A DNA stretch of 63,637 nt, counting the filler, from Octopus bimaculoides (lineage: Eukaryota), in assembly GCF_001194135.2 (NCBI RefSeq). It is 4 parts of 3 records of this genome, joined end to end, with 100 filler letters (N's around TTAATTAATTAA, not from the genome) between each part and the next. Parts side by side here need not be neighbours in the genome. Positions count along the whole stretch, not along the records: positions 1 to 17,349 come from NC_068982.1; 3 more parts are not named here. One strand, written 5' to 3'. The notes below the pieces were generated by a model. That model was not told the origin of the DNA and did not search any database. It worked only from the letters and a program-made list of their open reading frames with translations. Below, one piece after another: positions 1-13,779 of the stretch; position 1 is the first letter of the stretch; each line of letters opens with the position of its first letter. Made by a program: the position numbers and the translations under genes.

Positions 1-36
<36 letters not shown>

Positions 37-1098
37 ATTCTAGTAAAATATTTTCAATCACCGAACGTTTCTATCTTCAGATTGAATGTTAGGTATTATT
101 GATGTCTTATTATAGTATATGAGTGATTTTAAAATCAGCAGACGAGAATAGCAGTTGTGACTTTCATGCTCTTCCCAAGCTTATTACTGTTGTACATAAA
201 TTTAAAATACTTGCAAGGACCAATTGAACATGATCCTCAAATATCAATTGCTAAAAACCCTGAAGTGTCTCTGTGCATATGAACATACTTACAATTTGAA
301 GGGTGGGGGTAAATATATATGTGTTTCAGTCCTTTTGCTTCTGTTAATAGAAAATAGATATGGAAACGCTTTACGACACATATAGTGCGATGAGGTCACC
401 GCCCAATATAAGTGTTTGGAAGAAAAATTAGTCTGACTATAATTAGATATTGCAGTGTACTCGGCTGGAAATTGAAACTCTGTCGATGAAATAGCTCGTG
501 TAACTTACCACGATGTTGCTATGCTTGCAAATATGTCAAAAAAATATATGTTCATAAATCGATGCATACAAATGCATCATTATTTTTTTATTTATGCTTT
601 CTGTTGATATTATCACTACTGCTGTTGTTAGTAAATATTTTAAAGCTTGTTTTCTTGGAATTAAATAATGGTAGTCGTTTGCTGTATTGGCGTCGGCAGT
701 GATGTTTCTATCACGTGAGCAGAATACTCAATCGATCTCTCATTGATTATCCTTAGTTTTGACATTTATGATCAGCCATTCGTTTTGTTATTGTTTTTGT
801 TTTGTTTTGAATTTAAACAAAGATACCAGAGAAGTCTTTAAAAGAACGAAACATAACAAAAGCAGAACATAAATCAAATGATCCAAAACCGTAACCGAAT
901 TCTTTTTCTTAAGTATTCTCTACTTGAAAATCGACAATTGTAACGATTTTGTTAGGATTTTTATCATTTTTCGTTTTAAAAGTAAAAACAAATTTCATTT
1001 TGCACTTCATGAACAATAATGGGTTGTTTCGTTTTCTTAAATTCTTTGTTTCATTATTTACTTTAAATATTGCTTCACTTTTGACATTCAGAACGTTA

Positions 1099-1157
<59 letters not shown>

Positions 1158-2030
1158 CTATCCTTTTCTTTATTTATTTGAAAATGCTTCAAAATAACAG
1201 ACATTAGTTAATGTATTTGAAGATGTAATTGCGTGACTAGTTTGTTGAGCTCTCTGGTGCAAAACTGCATGTGTGATCCGTATGTAAAAACTATAACCAT
1301 TGCAAGGTCGATAGTTGGGCCCGTCAGTAGGGCACCGTATTGAATATTTTAGAGTCTCTTCTTTGACACCTAATTGTTCCTTTCCTTCTTTCAAATACTC
1401 TCTGAAACTACCGAAAAAGAGATTCTGATGAAATATTAAATTCTTTCAAATGAACATACACGTATTTGTTCAAGACTTCATTAAAGCGAAACAAAAAAAG
1501 ATGTACATGAAAGAAAATGGGTTAATTTTCTTAGATTCGTGTTTGTCAACAAGGAATCGGAGCCAGATTTCCAACATGTCTCGTCAGAAACTGACTTTCT
1601 ACTCTACGGCTCCCCATATTATCTTCAACCTTTCTAAAGCTGAGAATTTCGTTTCTATTAAGTCAATCAAGAAAATTTTGTTGACGAAATGTATAACTTA
1701 TACTGAAACACAGTAATCATTTTTGGAGCAGCCGTATAGTTGACTGAATAGTCACACATGTTCATCTATTATTTTATTGACTACAAAAGTTTAATATTGT
1801 GCGAAATGAACCCAGATTAAACCCAGCAGTACATTACTCCTGCCACCCTACCGCTATATATTATAATAAAATACTATTGAGAGATTCCTTGATGTCTTTT
1901 ACAAAACCCAAAATGCCATCGTTTTAATTAATAGAAATAAAGAATTCCTTTAAAAATAAAGTGGAAAAAACTGCATATTAACATGACAATATAACTGGCT
2001 CAGTTGTAATATAAATAATATAAATATCAA

Positions 2031-2217
2031 TTTCAAATTTTGGCTCAGGGCCTGCAATTTCGTGGGGAGAGGCGAAGTCGATTACATCGAATTCAGTGTT
2101 CAACTGGTACCTACTTTATCGACACCGATAGGATGAAAAGCAAAGTCGACCTCGGCGGAATTTGGACTCAGAACATAAACGTAGATACCACTAAGCATTT
2201 TACCTGGCGCGCTAATG
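2031..2217 (-). mobile_element. SINE family 1 (tRNA head plus Nin/Deu-like core GACTTTGCCTTTCATCCTTTCGGGGTCGATAAA)
   Basis: Homologous to more than 10 other copies in this window. Confidence 0.8.
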
Positions 2218-2652
2218 TTTTTGTTTGATGTTAATTCATATTACATGTTGGTACGTTTCAATCTATAAATACTGGCTGGATAGACAGAACCAGTAGATGT
2301 TGATTAAAGAGACATTATCTATTGTAGATAAATATAGACTGAAAATTATGACATATACTGTTGACTTTAACGTACACTTCTGAAAAGAGGTCAAATTTAT
2401 AGACTTAGTTGTTATGTGTTGATAAAGTATAAAATTTCATTAGTATGAAGGTTGTCGGCTTGAGAGCTTGTAGAGATCGACGAAGTAGATGTAGATGCAA
2501 TCTAAAAATATCGGACAAGTATAACTAGTAGCTGTCGATTGGTTTGACAATGCCTGTAGTCATAGCTTTTAAAATGTCGATTAAACGTCTCTGTAGACGT
2601 CGACTGGAAAAAAATCTTGTCCATATCTTCTGGGCATATTCGCCATGCATGT

Positions 2653-2684
<32 letters not shown>

Positions 2685-3781
2685 TCACTACCTCTCAGCT
2701 GATGTGACAGATGATCGCCTGGAAGATAAAAAAAAATATCAACTGCATTATTATTTGATTTGGAGCTTGAAGGGATGGGATACGAGTGTAAGATGCAGAA
2801 TTTCTATCCAGTCTTTCGTTGTTGTATAAACAAAATATCAACAACACCGTAACAGAACTATTTCTAGTGCTTGCAATTATAGGCTTCTAGCGTTATTAAT
2901 ACATGCATAAATTGTAGCAGATAATTTTTTTCTTCAGCCACTGCAAAAAGAACATCTGCTGAAATTTATTAGTTTTAATTCTTGCTTCACAATTTAGTAG
3001 CGCTATAAACAAAATTAGAATATAACGAAACAAAAATTCGAGATATTCCTGATTGTTATTATGAATTTTCTAAGCATCATCATCATCACCATCATTATTA
3101 TTATTATTTGTCAATTACATGATAGTAACAATAATTACAGTTATTACTAACATTATTATTATTATTAATCTTGTTTTGAAGTTTTGTTATCATCATACTC
3201 TTCTACTCCTCCTCCTCCGCCTTCTCCTCCTCATCATCGTCAACATCATTATCATTGTCATCATCGACGTCATGTCTGCAAGCATGAATAATACAAGCAT
3301 ACATCATAAAACATTCTCAGAAACTAGATTGTTTTGATATAATTGTAGTCTTTTTTAAAAAAAAAAATTAATAAAATTATATTTTAAAATAAATGAAATG
3401 AAGAAAGAAAATTGAAAGCAAAAAAAAATAAATAAGAGAAACCGCACAAATCAAAGCTGTAAGTCAATGGACGTTAAAAAAAATTCTGTGTTGGGAATGA
3501 GATTTAAATTTAATATTAATTGTGAATTTAATCTAAACCCAGTTATTTAAAAGCCAAATTGATTTTCTAACTTTTTCAATTTTTTATGTCGATCTAATTA
3601 TTATTAGTAGCAGTAGTATGATGACTAACATGACCATTATTCCTGTTGTTGTTGTTGTTATTGTTATTATTAATTTTGTGATCATTATAATCATGATGAT
3701 GGAGATGGTAGGGTAGGGTCGTCGTTGTGACGATGGTGATGATGAGGAGGTGGAGAATAAGGATGATGGTGTTGGTGGTGA

Positions 3782-3812
<31 letters not shown>

Positions 3813-5932
3813 ACTGCTACTGCTGGTACTGGTGCTGGTGGTGCTGGTAGTGGTGGTGGTGGTGATGTTACGCTGGTCGTGGTCATGATCAGGTTTGTCT
3901 GTTATACCGTTGGTTTATTGATGGTTAATAGTTTATTTGTCACGCTACATAAAGCAAAATGGTTTTCTGTCATGTTTTTCTATCAGTGGAGTGGTATAGA
4001 CACTAAGGGATCGAAAGTGATGTTTGCAGGTTTAAAATATATTATTCATTAATATTCAGTAATAGCCATTATTCGTTATATAACGTGACAAATCAAATAT
4101 CCTACATGAGAAAGAAATATTAAACGAAATATCAAAACCTTCACAACAGAACTATTTCTACTGCTTCTAATATTATTAATACATGCAAAAATGGTAGATT
4201 ATATTTTAATTAGCCTATATATTTACTGTTTGTGTGAATATGTGCGTGTTTCTGCGTGCATATGTGAGTGTGCACGCGCGTATTTATGTGACCAGTTGCC
4301 ATTTACTGAGTCAGTCTAGTTCATATTAACAAGCTGTTTCTACATTCTCAGTACTACAGACTGCCTGACACTGGTTTCGATTATGCATCTCGTTAAATAG
4401 ATCAATTAATGCCTGGGTAATACAATACGTTAGATGATGAAAACAACTTGTGATACAAGTAAATAACGATATTTGCCGTTATGTGAGTGTGCGGATGGAT
4501 TTTTTCCAAGATATCAAAGAAATGCAAGGTTTTTTTTTTTATCTGTAAGTCAACAGAGGAGGCAGGACTCCTGAGACTAGTGGAAGAGAGAAAGAGAAAC
4601 AGAGACAGAGCGGAAAGTATCTTCAAACCTGAAATCTGAGCCAAATGCTTCAAACAGCGTGGACTCCTCTAAAAGTGTCAGGTGGTGGTCTTAAACCGGG
4701 TAACGTATTAAGTTTATCACCCAAGGTGGCCATGACTGAATTTGAAGGATTCTGGAGCCAGAAAAAATGTAGTAACACATCTGGTTCAATGTTCTAACGT
4801 TTTACTAACCAAGTACCCTGAAGTGGTACTTTTTAACGGCCTCGTAAGAATAAAAGGCAAAGTTAACCTCAGCGAGATTTTAACTCATAGTATAGAGAAA
4901 CAGAACAAATAACGCGAGACATTCCGTCCTACGTTCAAACGACTCTGTAATTAATCACATGATTACAAATTCAAATTTGAAATACTGTTATTCGTTTGAA
5001 CTTGGTCTGCCTTAAAGTGACTCTCAGATATTTCCCATAAAGATATGAGCTATCGCAACGATTCAAGGAGTAAGGAGGAAACTACAAATATAATTTTTTT
5101 TTAAGTACACATAACACAAGCCATGAAGAACAATATTTAGAGGTGGTGGGGAGATACATGTCCTTCGTTATACATTAAGGATTCAGTTATTAGATCAACT
5201 GAATATTTTGTTACCCAAGTAACGTAACTGAATGTTTTATAGACACGTGTACTCTTAACTAATTCTTTGGTAGAATCAGCGTGACACAATGTGTGTGCAG
5301 TAATGCTATACATTTTAAATTACCAGACAGGCTTTTATGCAGCTTCCACTGGAGGAACTTCTATAATTTCTTTCAACTCGCAATTTTACGCGCAAGTTAC
5401 GGATCAACCCGAGGTTACAGAAAATTACATTTGCCCGAGATGCCATACAGTAGTAACGAAGCAAACTTCTTAACCATACTCCGCCTATAGAAGTACTTAT
5501 AGACATACATTTAAGGAAGTATGCATGCCAGAGTCACTTATGCATTTATTCAACCAAACACGATATCTGAAAGAAAAGGCGAAACGGTCATGCCTTGAAT
5601 AATTTGACCATAAGTTTACTGATCGAGGCCGACTTGAATTTAAGTATAATACAAATACACATATTTTTATGGATTAGAAAATAAGTACAACATTCTTGGC
5701 CTTATTCAGACTTATTAGATGGGTGCAGTTGATGTTCAGTGACAGAGTGAGCGACGAGATAACTGCAGAGAGCACAATTCTGAAGTGAAGTTACTGGCTA
5801 CAGTACTGTTTAAGGGTGAGGTAATAAGGATATTGGTGGGGATAGACAATCTGCTTTAGATAACCAATCTCTGTTGTAATATCTGTAGGAAAGGAAGAGA
5901 TAAGGAATAATACACTTATTTGTCAGTTTATA

Positions 5933-6036
5933 CGAGGGGTGCTGAAAAGTTCCTGGCTTTGGGTAAAAGAAAATAAAGGAAGATCAGTTAATTATGATTT
6001 TATTCAACGTATTCCCCTCTTTTCAGCAGCCTCTCG
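5933..6036. mobile_element. Mariner-derived MITE (104 bp)
   Basis: TIRs CGAGGGGTGCTGAAAAG / CTTTTCAGCAGCCTCTCG flanked by TA on both sides. Confidence 0.75.
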
Positions 6037-7701
6037 TATATTAAAGCTGTTTAGTAATAACAAAAGATATCAGTTGTTTTTACCAGCTTGCAATCCCCTC
6101 TAATGTGCATTGTCTATATCATTCAGAAATTTCGATCAATTGATTTTATACGAATTATCGTTCCTGCTTGTTGTTTTTAGATTTTAGGCACCCATAGAGA
6201 GAGGTTTGCTCTGAATCCCTTCAATGATCTCAGTTGGTCAAGGTTGATCATATATGAGTTTCTTTCGTATTTGTATTAAGTATGCCGCACGTTCCCTTGA
6301 GGTATTTTCCTTCAGTCATACTGTTAATATAGCCTATTGGTAAGTAAGTCTTTGCCAGTCAACCGAATAACCTATCTAGAATGCCGAGTATCTGTGTACG
6401 GATGTGTCAGTTTATGTTTGTGTGTGAGAGAAAAATAAAATGTGTGTGTGTCTGCATATTTCTGTGAAAGTGTGTGTGTGTGTCTGCATATTTCTGTGAA
6501 AGTGTGTGTGTTACATGTTAGATTTAGTTTCTCGTATACTTAGCAATTTTCGTCATGATGTGTTTGATGTTTCAATCTTATATAACTTTACCTTCAGAAT
6601 TTCTCACTCAGTATAGTGTGAAGGTCAGACATGAGTTAACATTCTTTCCGCCATGCTGTTGGTGACGAGGAATGTGGAGATGAGAGGAGGTTGTCAGTGT
6701 TGGAAAGTGTAATGTGTATTCTATGAATTAAGCTGTTGAGATATATTTACATATAATATTATATCATTTCTATGTTAGATTCCAGATAAAATATTTCTGC
6801 ATAGCTCTTTTGTTTAAATATCGATCTGTAACTGCATAGCTATAATTTATTCTAGATGCATAATTAGTCTGTGAGAAAATATGGTTGGACTGTGACCTAA
6901 GTAACAATTATATTTCCAAATATACAACCTTTACATTGGATGTTGTAACTTACATAAGTCGCTTGTTAAGTGACAAATATACATCTATATATATACAAAT
7001 ATACATATATACAAATATACATACATTGACAAACATATAACAATACACAGACATATATAAAGCAGTCAAATATATAAAACATGTATCAGTGAAGACATTT
7101 TTATTTAAAGAGAAGGTAGTGATGCATATAGAAATATACAATGCATAGAAAATATGCAGTAACCACTTAATAATAAATATAAATTATATGAAATAGTTAT
7201 ACAAAATCATTTCATTATTTTATTTTGTTAGCTGGGGTTTGTTTCTTCTTTTGACTTTGTTGTTTCTCTTTGCATTAACTTCGTTTTGTACCACATTGTG
7301 TCATATAAATGAGATACATATAGTGAAGAAAGTACAGATGACTAGATTAAGAGCATTCCAGAGGGAAGAATTTTGGACACAGATGCGAGTCATGTAGGTC
7401 TGCGTACTTTGTGTTTCCAGTGATAGTTTATTGTGTGGAAGATGAGTACTGTTATACTGATCTGTTGTCTTCTCACTAAAGAAGTTAAAGAATACGAACA
7501 ATGGCGGAGTCGATAAGATTTGAAGTATTTGCTTCAATCGCCATGATTTTGTCACAAAATTTGAAATATTTCATTCTCTACATATCCTGACACTCAGCCC
7601 TAAGTTCTTGCCTAAACGAATTCAAGAAGTGTAAAAAGAAAAGTATTGTTTAATATTAACAGCAGTGAACTGGTATACAGTTTCGTAACTCATCGCTCTA
7701 A

Positions 7702-7892
7702 TTATTTACATTATTTACATTTGACGGATATTTCTCATCTTGTTTGTTGTTAACACAATGTTTTGGCTGATATACCCACCAGCCTTCATCAGGTGTCTTG
7801 GGGGAGATTTCGAACCTGGGTTCTTATATGGCGTAGTGGTTAAGAGTGCGGGCTACTAACACCAAGATTCCGAGTTCGATTCCGGGCAGTGA

Positions 7893-7940
<48 letters not shown>

Positions 7941-8051
7941 CAACAACAACAACATCGAAAAATACCTTAGGAATGAGGACAAATATCCGTCAAATGTAAA
8001 TAATGTAAGTAATGTACATAATTCCTCATCTCTTAAATATAGAATTGTATT
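7702..8051. mobile_element. Composite tRNA-headed, hammerhead-bearing SINE (copy A): inverted 3' portion with HHR (7702-7824, minus) joined to tRNA head-(AAT/AAC)n-tail (7825-8051, plus)
   Basis: Flanked by 10-bp direct repeat ATCGCTCTAA (7692-7701, 8052-8061). About 35-bp inverted repeat ACATTATTTACATTTGACGGATATTT.. at both ends. A box TGGCGTAGTGG and B box GAGTTCGATTCC (7872-7883). Homologous to 10253-10588. Confidence 0.85.
7752..7797 (-). ncRNA. Type I minimal hammerhead ribozyme, G12/G16.2-mutated copy
   Basis: Minus strand: GACAC-CTGATGA-A-GGCTG-gtgggtatat-CAGCC-AAAA-CATT-GTGTT. Stems I and II pair; GAAACGTT has decayed to AAAACATT. Confidence 0.75.
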
Positions 8052-10150
8052 ATCGCTCTAAGTTCAAATTCTACCGAAATTTAGTTTGTTTTTCATACTT
8101 CAGAGGTCTATCAAATAACTACCAGTTGCATATCGAGTTCGATCATATTAACTATATCTACCCCCAACATTTGAGGCCTTTTACTTGTGTCAGAAATCAA
8201 TAAAATAATCGAGGCGAGTGGTGTGACAGAGTCAGCAAAGCAAAGAATCAAATGTTTAATGGTTTTATTTCGTACAGCTTCGTACTGAACTCACATCTCT
8301 CAGGAGGTTGACTTTCCCTTCCCTTTCTTTCTGCAGTTGATAAAATAAATATTATGTGAGCTGAACTTGATTCAGTTGTCTATACCCACTCTCCCGCTAC
8401 AAATGTGTAACATTTTATTAATGGAGGAAATTATTTTCTTCTTATTGTTGAATTAATGTTAGTAAAACATTGTATTCTTTATAATTTGTTTATTTTATTA
8501 TAGAACAAAAAGGAAAGAACATTTAGCTAAACACAGGAATCATATCATTTATTCAGTAAGTGCCAATTATTATTTTTATAAAAAGACAGCTAATTCTTCC
8601 TATTTTCCGTTTACCAAAAAGGTTTTACTTTTTCTATGCACATAATAGATATGTTTTAAAACTAAGTCATCTAATCTTGTTTGTCTCATTGTTATTTGTT
8701 CTTTCTTACCAAGCGTTCACGAGAGACTCAAGGGAGCATAACGTAAGCCTGGAGAGTATAGTATCTGGAGAGTTGACAGTGTAAACTCCCGGAACACATG
8801 CAGTAATTCCAAATTGCATTAACTGCATAGAGCATAAAGTCAACTTCCAGAGAGCATAGATTGCTCTCTGGTTTTCCTCTTCCTTTGAAACCACCCTGCT
8901 TCAATTATTTTGGTAGGTTCATTAGAAGGATATGGGTAGCAGGATATTCCATTTACGTGGTGACTCTCATAACCCATTAAGGTATAGAACCACTTTTAAA
9001 TAGTTTGTCATTATAGAGAGAGTCTATGAGAATTGAACCTCCTGTAGTTCAGCCATTCCCCAATCTATTCGCACATTATTTAAAACTTGAAACTTCAAGC
9101 TAAAGATAACCTCGCTTCAACGGTTCACTGTGGCGAACTACGTTTATCAGAAATTGCAGCTACCGCTGATGGTTAAGAAGTTCATTTTCCAATTATGAGC
9201 TTTCTGGTTAGATTCTACTGAGTAACATCTTGAGAAAATGTCTTTACCATAGAGAAAATGTCTTACCATAGCCACAGACCTAATAGGGTTTGAGTGCAAT
9301 TGAGTGGACGGAAATTGTAGGGAAACTTGTTAGGTAGACTGCATATGTAATTCAAAACGCTAATCTTATCATTTATTGTGTCGTGGTGACTCGACCTATG
9401 AATTATGTAAAGCGTGTGCTTGTCAGTGAAATACGCGACCACTTGTTAATTTAATGAGACCGACGTTCAATTGATAGAACAATTGAATAGTGATCGTCGA
9501 AATTGGCGGAGGTTCTATTATATTTATCTAGGGTGCTACTTACATGTCTTCACCTATGCTATCTACTTACTAATAAAATGAGCCTCTGTGTGGTTATTCG
9601 AATTACTAGAAATAGCAACCAAATCTCGCTCCTGTAAAAAGAACACGTAGGGTAATCTGGTCCTAGGTTCTCAGCGCAGTAATGGCAGTAATGGCTGCAA
9701 TGTATTTCATTTTATGCATTCTCGATGAAAGCTGACATTGGGCTAAACAACAATAACAGCATACACTAAGTGGAGTTGGCTATTGAGATCTAAGTGGTCT
9801 GATATTTCTAATAGTGTTAAAACGATTCCTACAACTAGCTAGAATCTTGACACTTATTGACCAGGCATTTTGCGAATATCTGTCAAACAAAGCAAAAACA
9901 ATATTCTTTCCTATTTTCCTCGTATGAAGGCCAGGTTATATTCTTCTATGATAAATTCCCTAAGAACCATCAAATTATTTTGTTTTGGTTATTTCTATCT
10001 ACAGTGTATCTTATATCTGATGCTATTGAGATTTTAGTAAATGGTTCTTGTCGAAAGTCTGATGATTGATGATTGCCTAGTATGTGATGGGTATGAAACT
10101 GAAGTTACGAAGGATTATTATTAATGGACTATGTCAGCCTACATATATAT

Positions 10151-10240
<90 letters not shown>

Positions 10241-10252
10241 AATGAGAGCGAT

Positions 10253-10400
10253 ATTTACATTTGACGGATATTTGTCCTCATCTTGTTTGTTGTTAACACA
10301 ACGTTTCGGCTGATATACCCTCCATCCTTCATCGGGTGTCTTGGGGAAATTTCGAACCTGGGTTCTCGTTCCTAGGTTAATTTTTCGATGTTGTTGTTGC

Positions 10401-10445
<45 letters not shown>

Positions 10446-10588
10446 CATCATCATCATCATTATCATTATTATTATTGTTGTTGTTGTTGTTGTTGCTATT
10501 CAGGTCACTGCCTGGAATCGAGCTCGGAATCTTGGGGTTAGTAGCTCGCACTCTTAACCACTACACCATAAGCCTGTGGCGTAGTGGT
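10253..10588 (-). mobile_element. tRNA-headed, hammerhead-bearing SINE (copy B), linear order head-microsatellite-core-HHR-tail, with short 5' foldback
   Basis: Minus strand: ACCACTACGCCA-caggctta-TGGTGTAGTGGTTAAGAGTGCGAGCTACTAACCCCAAGATTCCGAGCTCGATTCCAGGCAGTGACCTG-(AAC/AAT/GAT)n-ATCGAAAAAT..CCCAGGTTCGAAATTTCCCCAAGACAC-HHR-AACAACAAACAAGATGAGGACAAATATCCGTCAAATGTAAAT. Confidence 0.85.
10295..10340 (-). ncRNA. Type I minimal hammerhead ribozyme, U4-mutated copy
   Basis: Minus strand: GACAC-CCGATGA-A-GGATG-gagggtatat-CAGCC-GAAA-CGTT-GTGTT. GAAACGTT is intact; CUGA has become CCGA. Confidence 0.75.
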
Positions 10589-10685
10589 GAAAAGTATGGA
10601 CTAATATAGAAGTGTATTAACTAATGATGTCTATATAAATACATTAATATATGTGTGTGTGGTCTGTATGTGTGTGTATACTGTG

Positions 10686-10721
<36 letters not shown>

Positions 10722-11592
10722 GCAATACGATACGATGTATAATACACACGCACACACAGCTCATACACTCACAGAAAAAGAGAGAGAGAGAGAAGGAAAG
10801 AGAGCAAATCAGTGTTGAAAGTTTTGATAGCTATCTGTGAGAAGTACCAATACATATTATAATTATTAGTTAACAGTATTATAACGGAATCAAATATCCT
10901 AGTAAAAAGAAATAGGGTTTAAAGAAGACTCATTATAAGAGACAGAAAGGAAGAGAGAGAGAGAAAAAACAATGAGCCGCAGAAAGACTGAAGATAACTC
11001 AAGAAAAGAGAACATAAATTTCGGTAATATAAATGAAAAAATAGTACATGGATTCTTTGAGAGTGGTGGTTGCGAACTCACCTTCACGAGACTCCCATCA
11101 ACCCAATAAATCGTTCAACTTTACTTATCTGAGGTCGGCCATTAGCTACAGTGAAGTAAATGGAGTTTATCTGTTTATTTTCAGAGAACATTGACATGAT
11201 TCAGGACAGTTTTGTCTTTTTATCTTCAGTTTTAAGATTAGATAGATGCCATTTTCCTCTAGGCTTTGATTGTCTGCCAAAAGAAAGAACCTGTCTTCTT
11301 TAGAAAAGTGCAAACACGGCATTTTAGGTTGGAAAATCGGAAACAGCGTATTATGACTTGAAGTGTTTCCGGTTCGTTATTTATTCGCGGAAGAAAGCGT
11401 TGGGAATCGATTGGAAAATATTTTGTCATCGTTAAGTAGATTTATGGCTACAGTATTGCTCTTTTCTTGTTTTATATTACTATATTAACATACGTACATA
11501 AATATGATCAAGAAGGCACTTACAAATACAACACACACACACACACACACACATATATGTATAAGTATATATATGTGTGTGTGTGTAAGTAC

Positions 11593-11649
<57 letters not shown>

Positions 11650-13366
11650 TTATATAGAGAAACGTACGTGGTTCTATAGCGAGAAAGCAAACCAAGCAGA
11701 CTGTGTGAGGGTTGGGTTAGAAATGGGGAGATGTATAATGTATTTTCCGACGAATATAATCATATAATCATAAGTTAATAGAAACCGGCAAACATTAGGA
11801 TTTGTATGTTTAGCTGATTACATCGTATGTTAACGAAAAAATTTTTAGTTCACAATTCACTAAATAAAAATTATCTTATAATGAAGCAAACTTGTAGCAG
11901 GAAAACTTGTGTATCCGGGGGAAAAAAATCAAGAAGAAGTGCTCTGTTGCTGCTTTTGTTAATTCTCAAATATCTTGATATTACTCTTTTCTCGTTATAG
12001 AATATTGCAACAACCACAATAATAAAGGTAAGGAGGGTTTATAACTCTGATATATGAACATAGAAGAAATAGATGAAGACAGTTTACCTTATTGACCTCA
12101 AGCGTAATTAAAACAGAAACGGCACCGAAATGTTTTGAACTCAGAATGTGAAAGGAAATAAGTAAATGCTATCGGACATTTTCTTTGTCGTTCTACCGAT
12201 TCTTCCTTTGGTAGACTTCGAGCGTAAATGACCATTACCATGCTATTATGAAATGCTCAAAAGAAATTTGACAAGAATGTGTTTCTTCCTGTTCTTAGTT
12301 CAGATACTACTGGGCTTCGTTTCAGCTTCCCTATTCGCGAGATCAATAAAATAAGTACAACCAAATATTTGACTGCCAATGTAAGAGATCAGAAATATAG
12401 AAATTGCAATGGATTGCGGAAACAGTAGAACGCCGGAGAAAGTAATGTTGCGTCTTTTTGGTTTGGCAACGCATCGTAACAGCATGGCAAACGCAGTTTT
12501 CCAGAAGCTTAACATTTCTTTCTAGAAGTTAGTACTGAGCGAAACTTTGTGCAAATAGAAACACAATATATTATGCTAACAGCCCTGAAAAAAGAAATAT
12601 CGCAATTATTCATCTCAATTCCACATGCACAGAGTGATAAGGGATAGAACAGTAGCACAAAGATTATGTTTCTTTAATTTCTGAGCTCAAATATCCCTGG
12701 AGTTAACTTTACGCTGATAAAGGGTTGATAAAATAAGCACATGTAATGGAATTGTCCCCCATCTCCGAAAATATATCGGCTTTGTGCCAATATTACGAAC
12801 TCAAAATTATAGATATGCAATTTAAATCTTTTTAACTTAAGATTTCGAAGAAAAAAAAAAACAACGCAAATCAAACGCCATATTAAAAAAAAGTGTTTAG
12901 TTTTGAAAGTTTAATGGCGTAAAATAAAACAAAAGATTGTCATAATATCGAATATATAGTTTTACAATAAACATATAGAGAAAGAAAATGGTAATTATTG
13001 AAAAGAAAATTTATCAATATTTGCAACATAGTTGCTATATACTTATAGATTAACGTCTTGTTTAACAACAATAGCAGCAACTAAAACAATAAAGACATTG
13101 CTTGGAAATGGCTCCAGTTGTCTCGATTTTTAAGTTCCTAAACATCTCTACTGGTATTTAATACAATTCTCACCGTTTAAAACTCATAACGTTCCGAAAA
13201 TTTGTATGTGTGTACATTTGAGTATGCGAGTGTGGCTGTATGTGATGTGAGTATATGTGTTTATAATAGCGGCGTGGGGGAGAGAATGGTACGCATCGCA
13301 TGCAAGTATTCTATCATATATCTGCGGCAGCATGTGTACGCACACACGCTTGCGTGCAGACAGACA

Positions 13367-13748
<382 letters not shown>

Positions 13749-13779
13749 TGAACGCAACATTCAAAAATACTGCCTGGAT

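Noticed and set aside
51-90. Minus-strand CTGAAGA-TA-GAAACGTT resembling an HHR
   Set aside because: No stem II, and stem I is not adjacent to the cleavage site.
7826-7896. tRNA gene
   Set aside because: Acceptor stem does not pair and it is embedded in a repeat with a TSD; it is a SINE head.
12253-12354. Signal-peptide-like MLKRNLTRMCFFLFLVQILLGFVSASLFARSIK*
   Set aside because: Stops after 33 codons with no usable donor site before the stop; likely chance.
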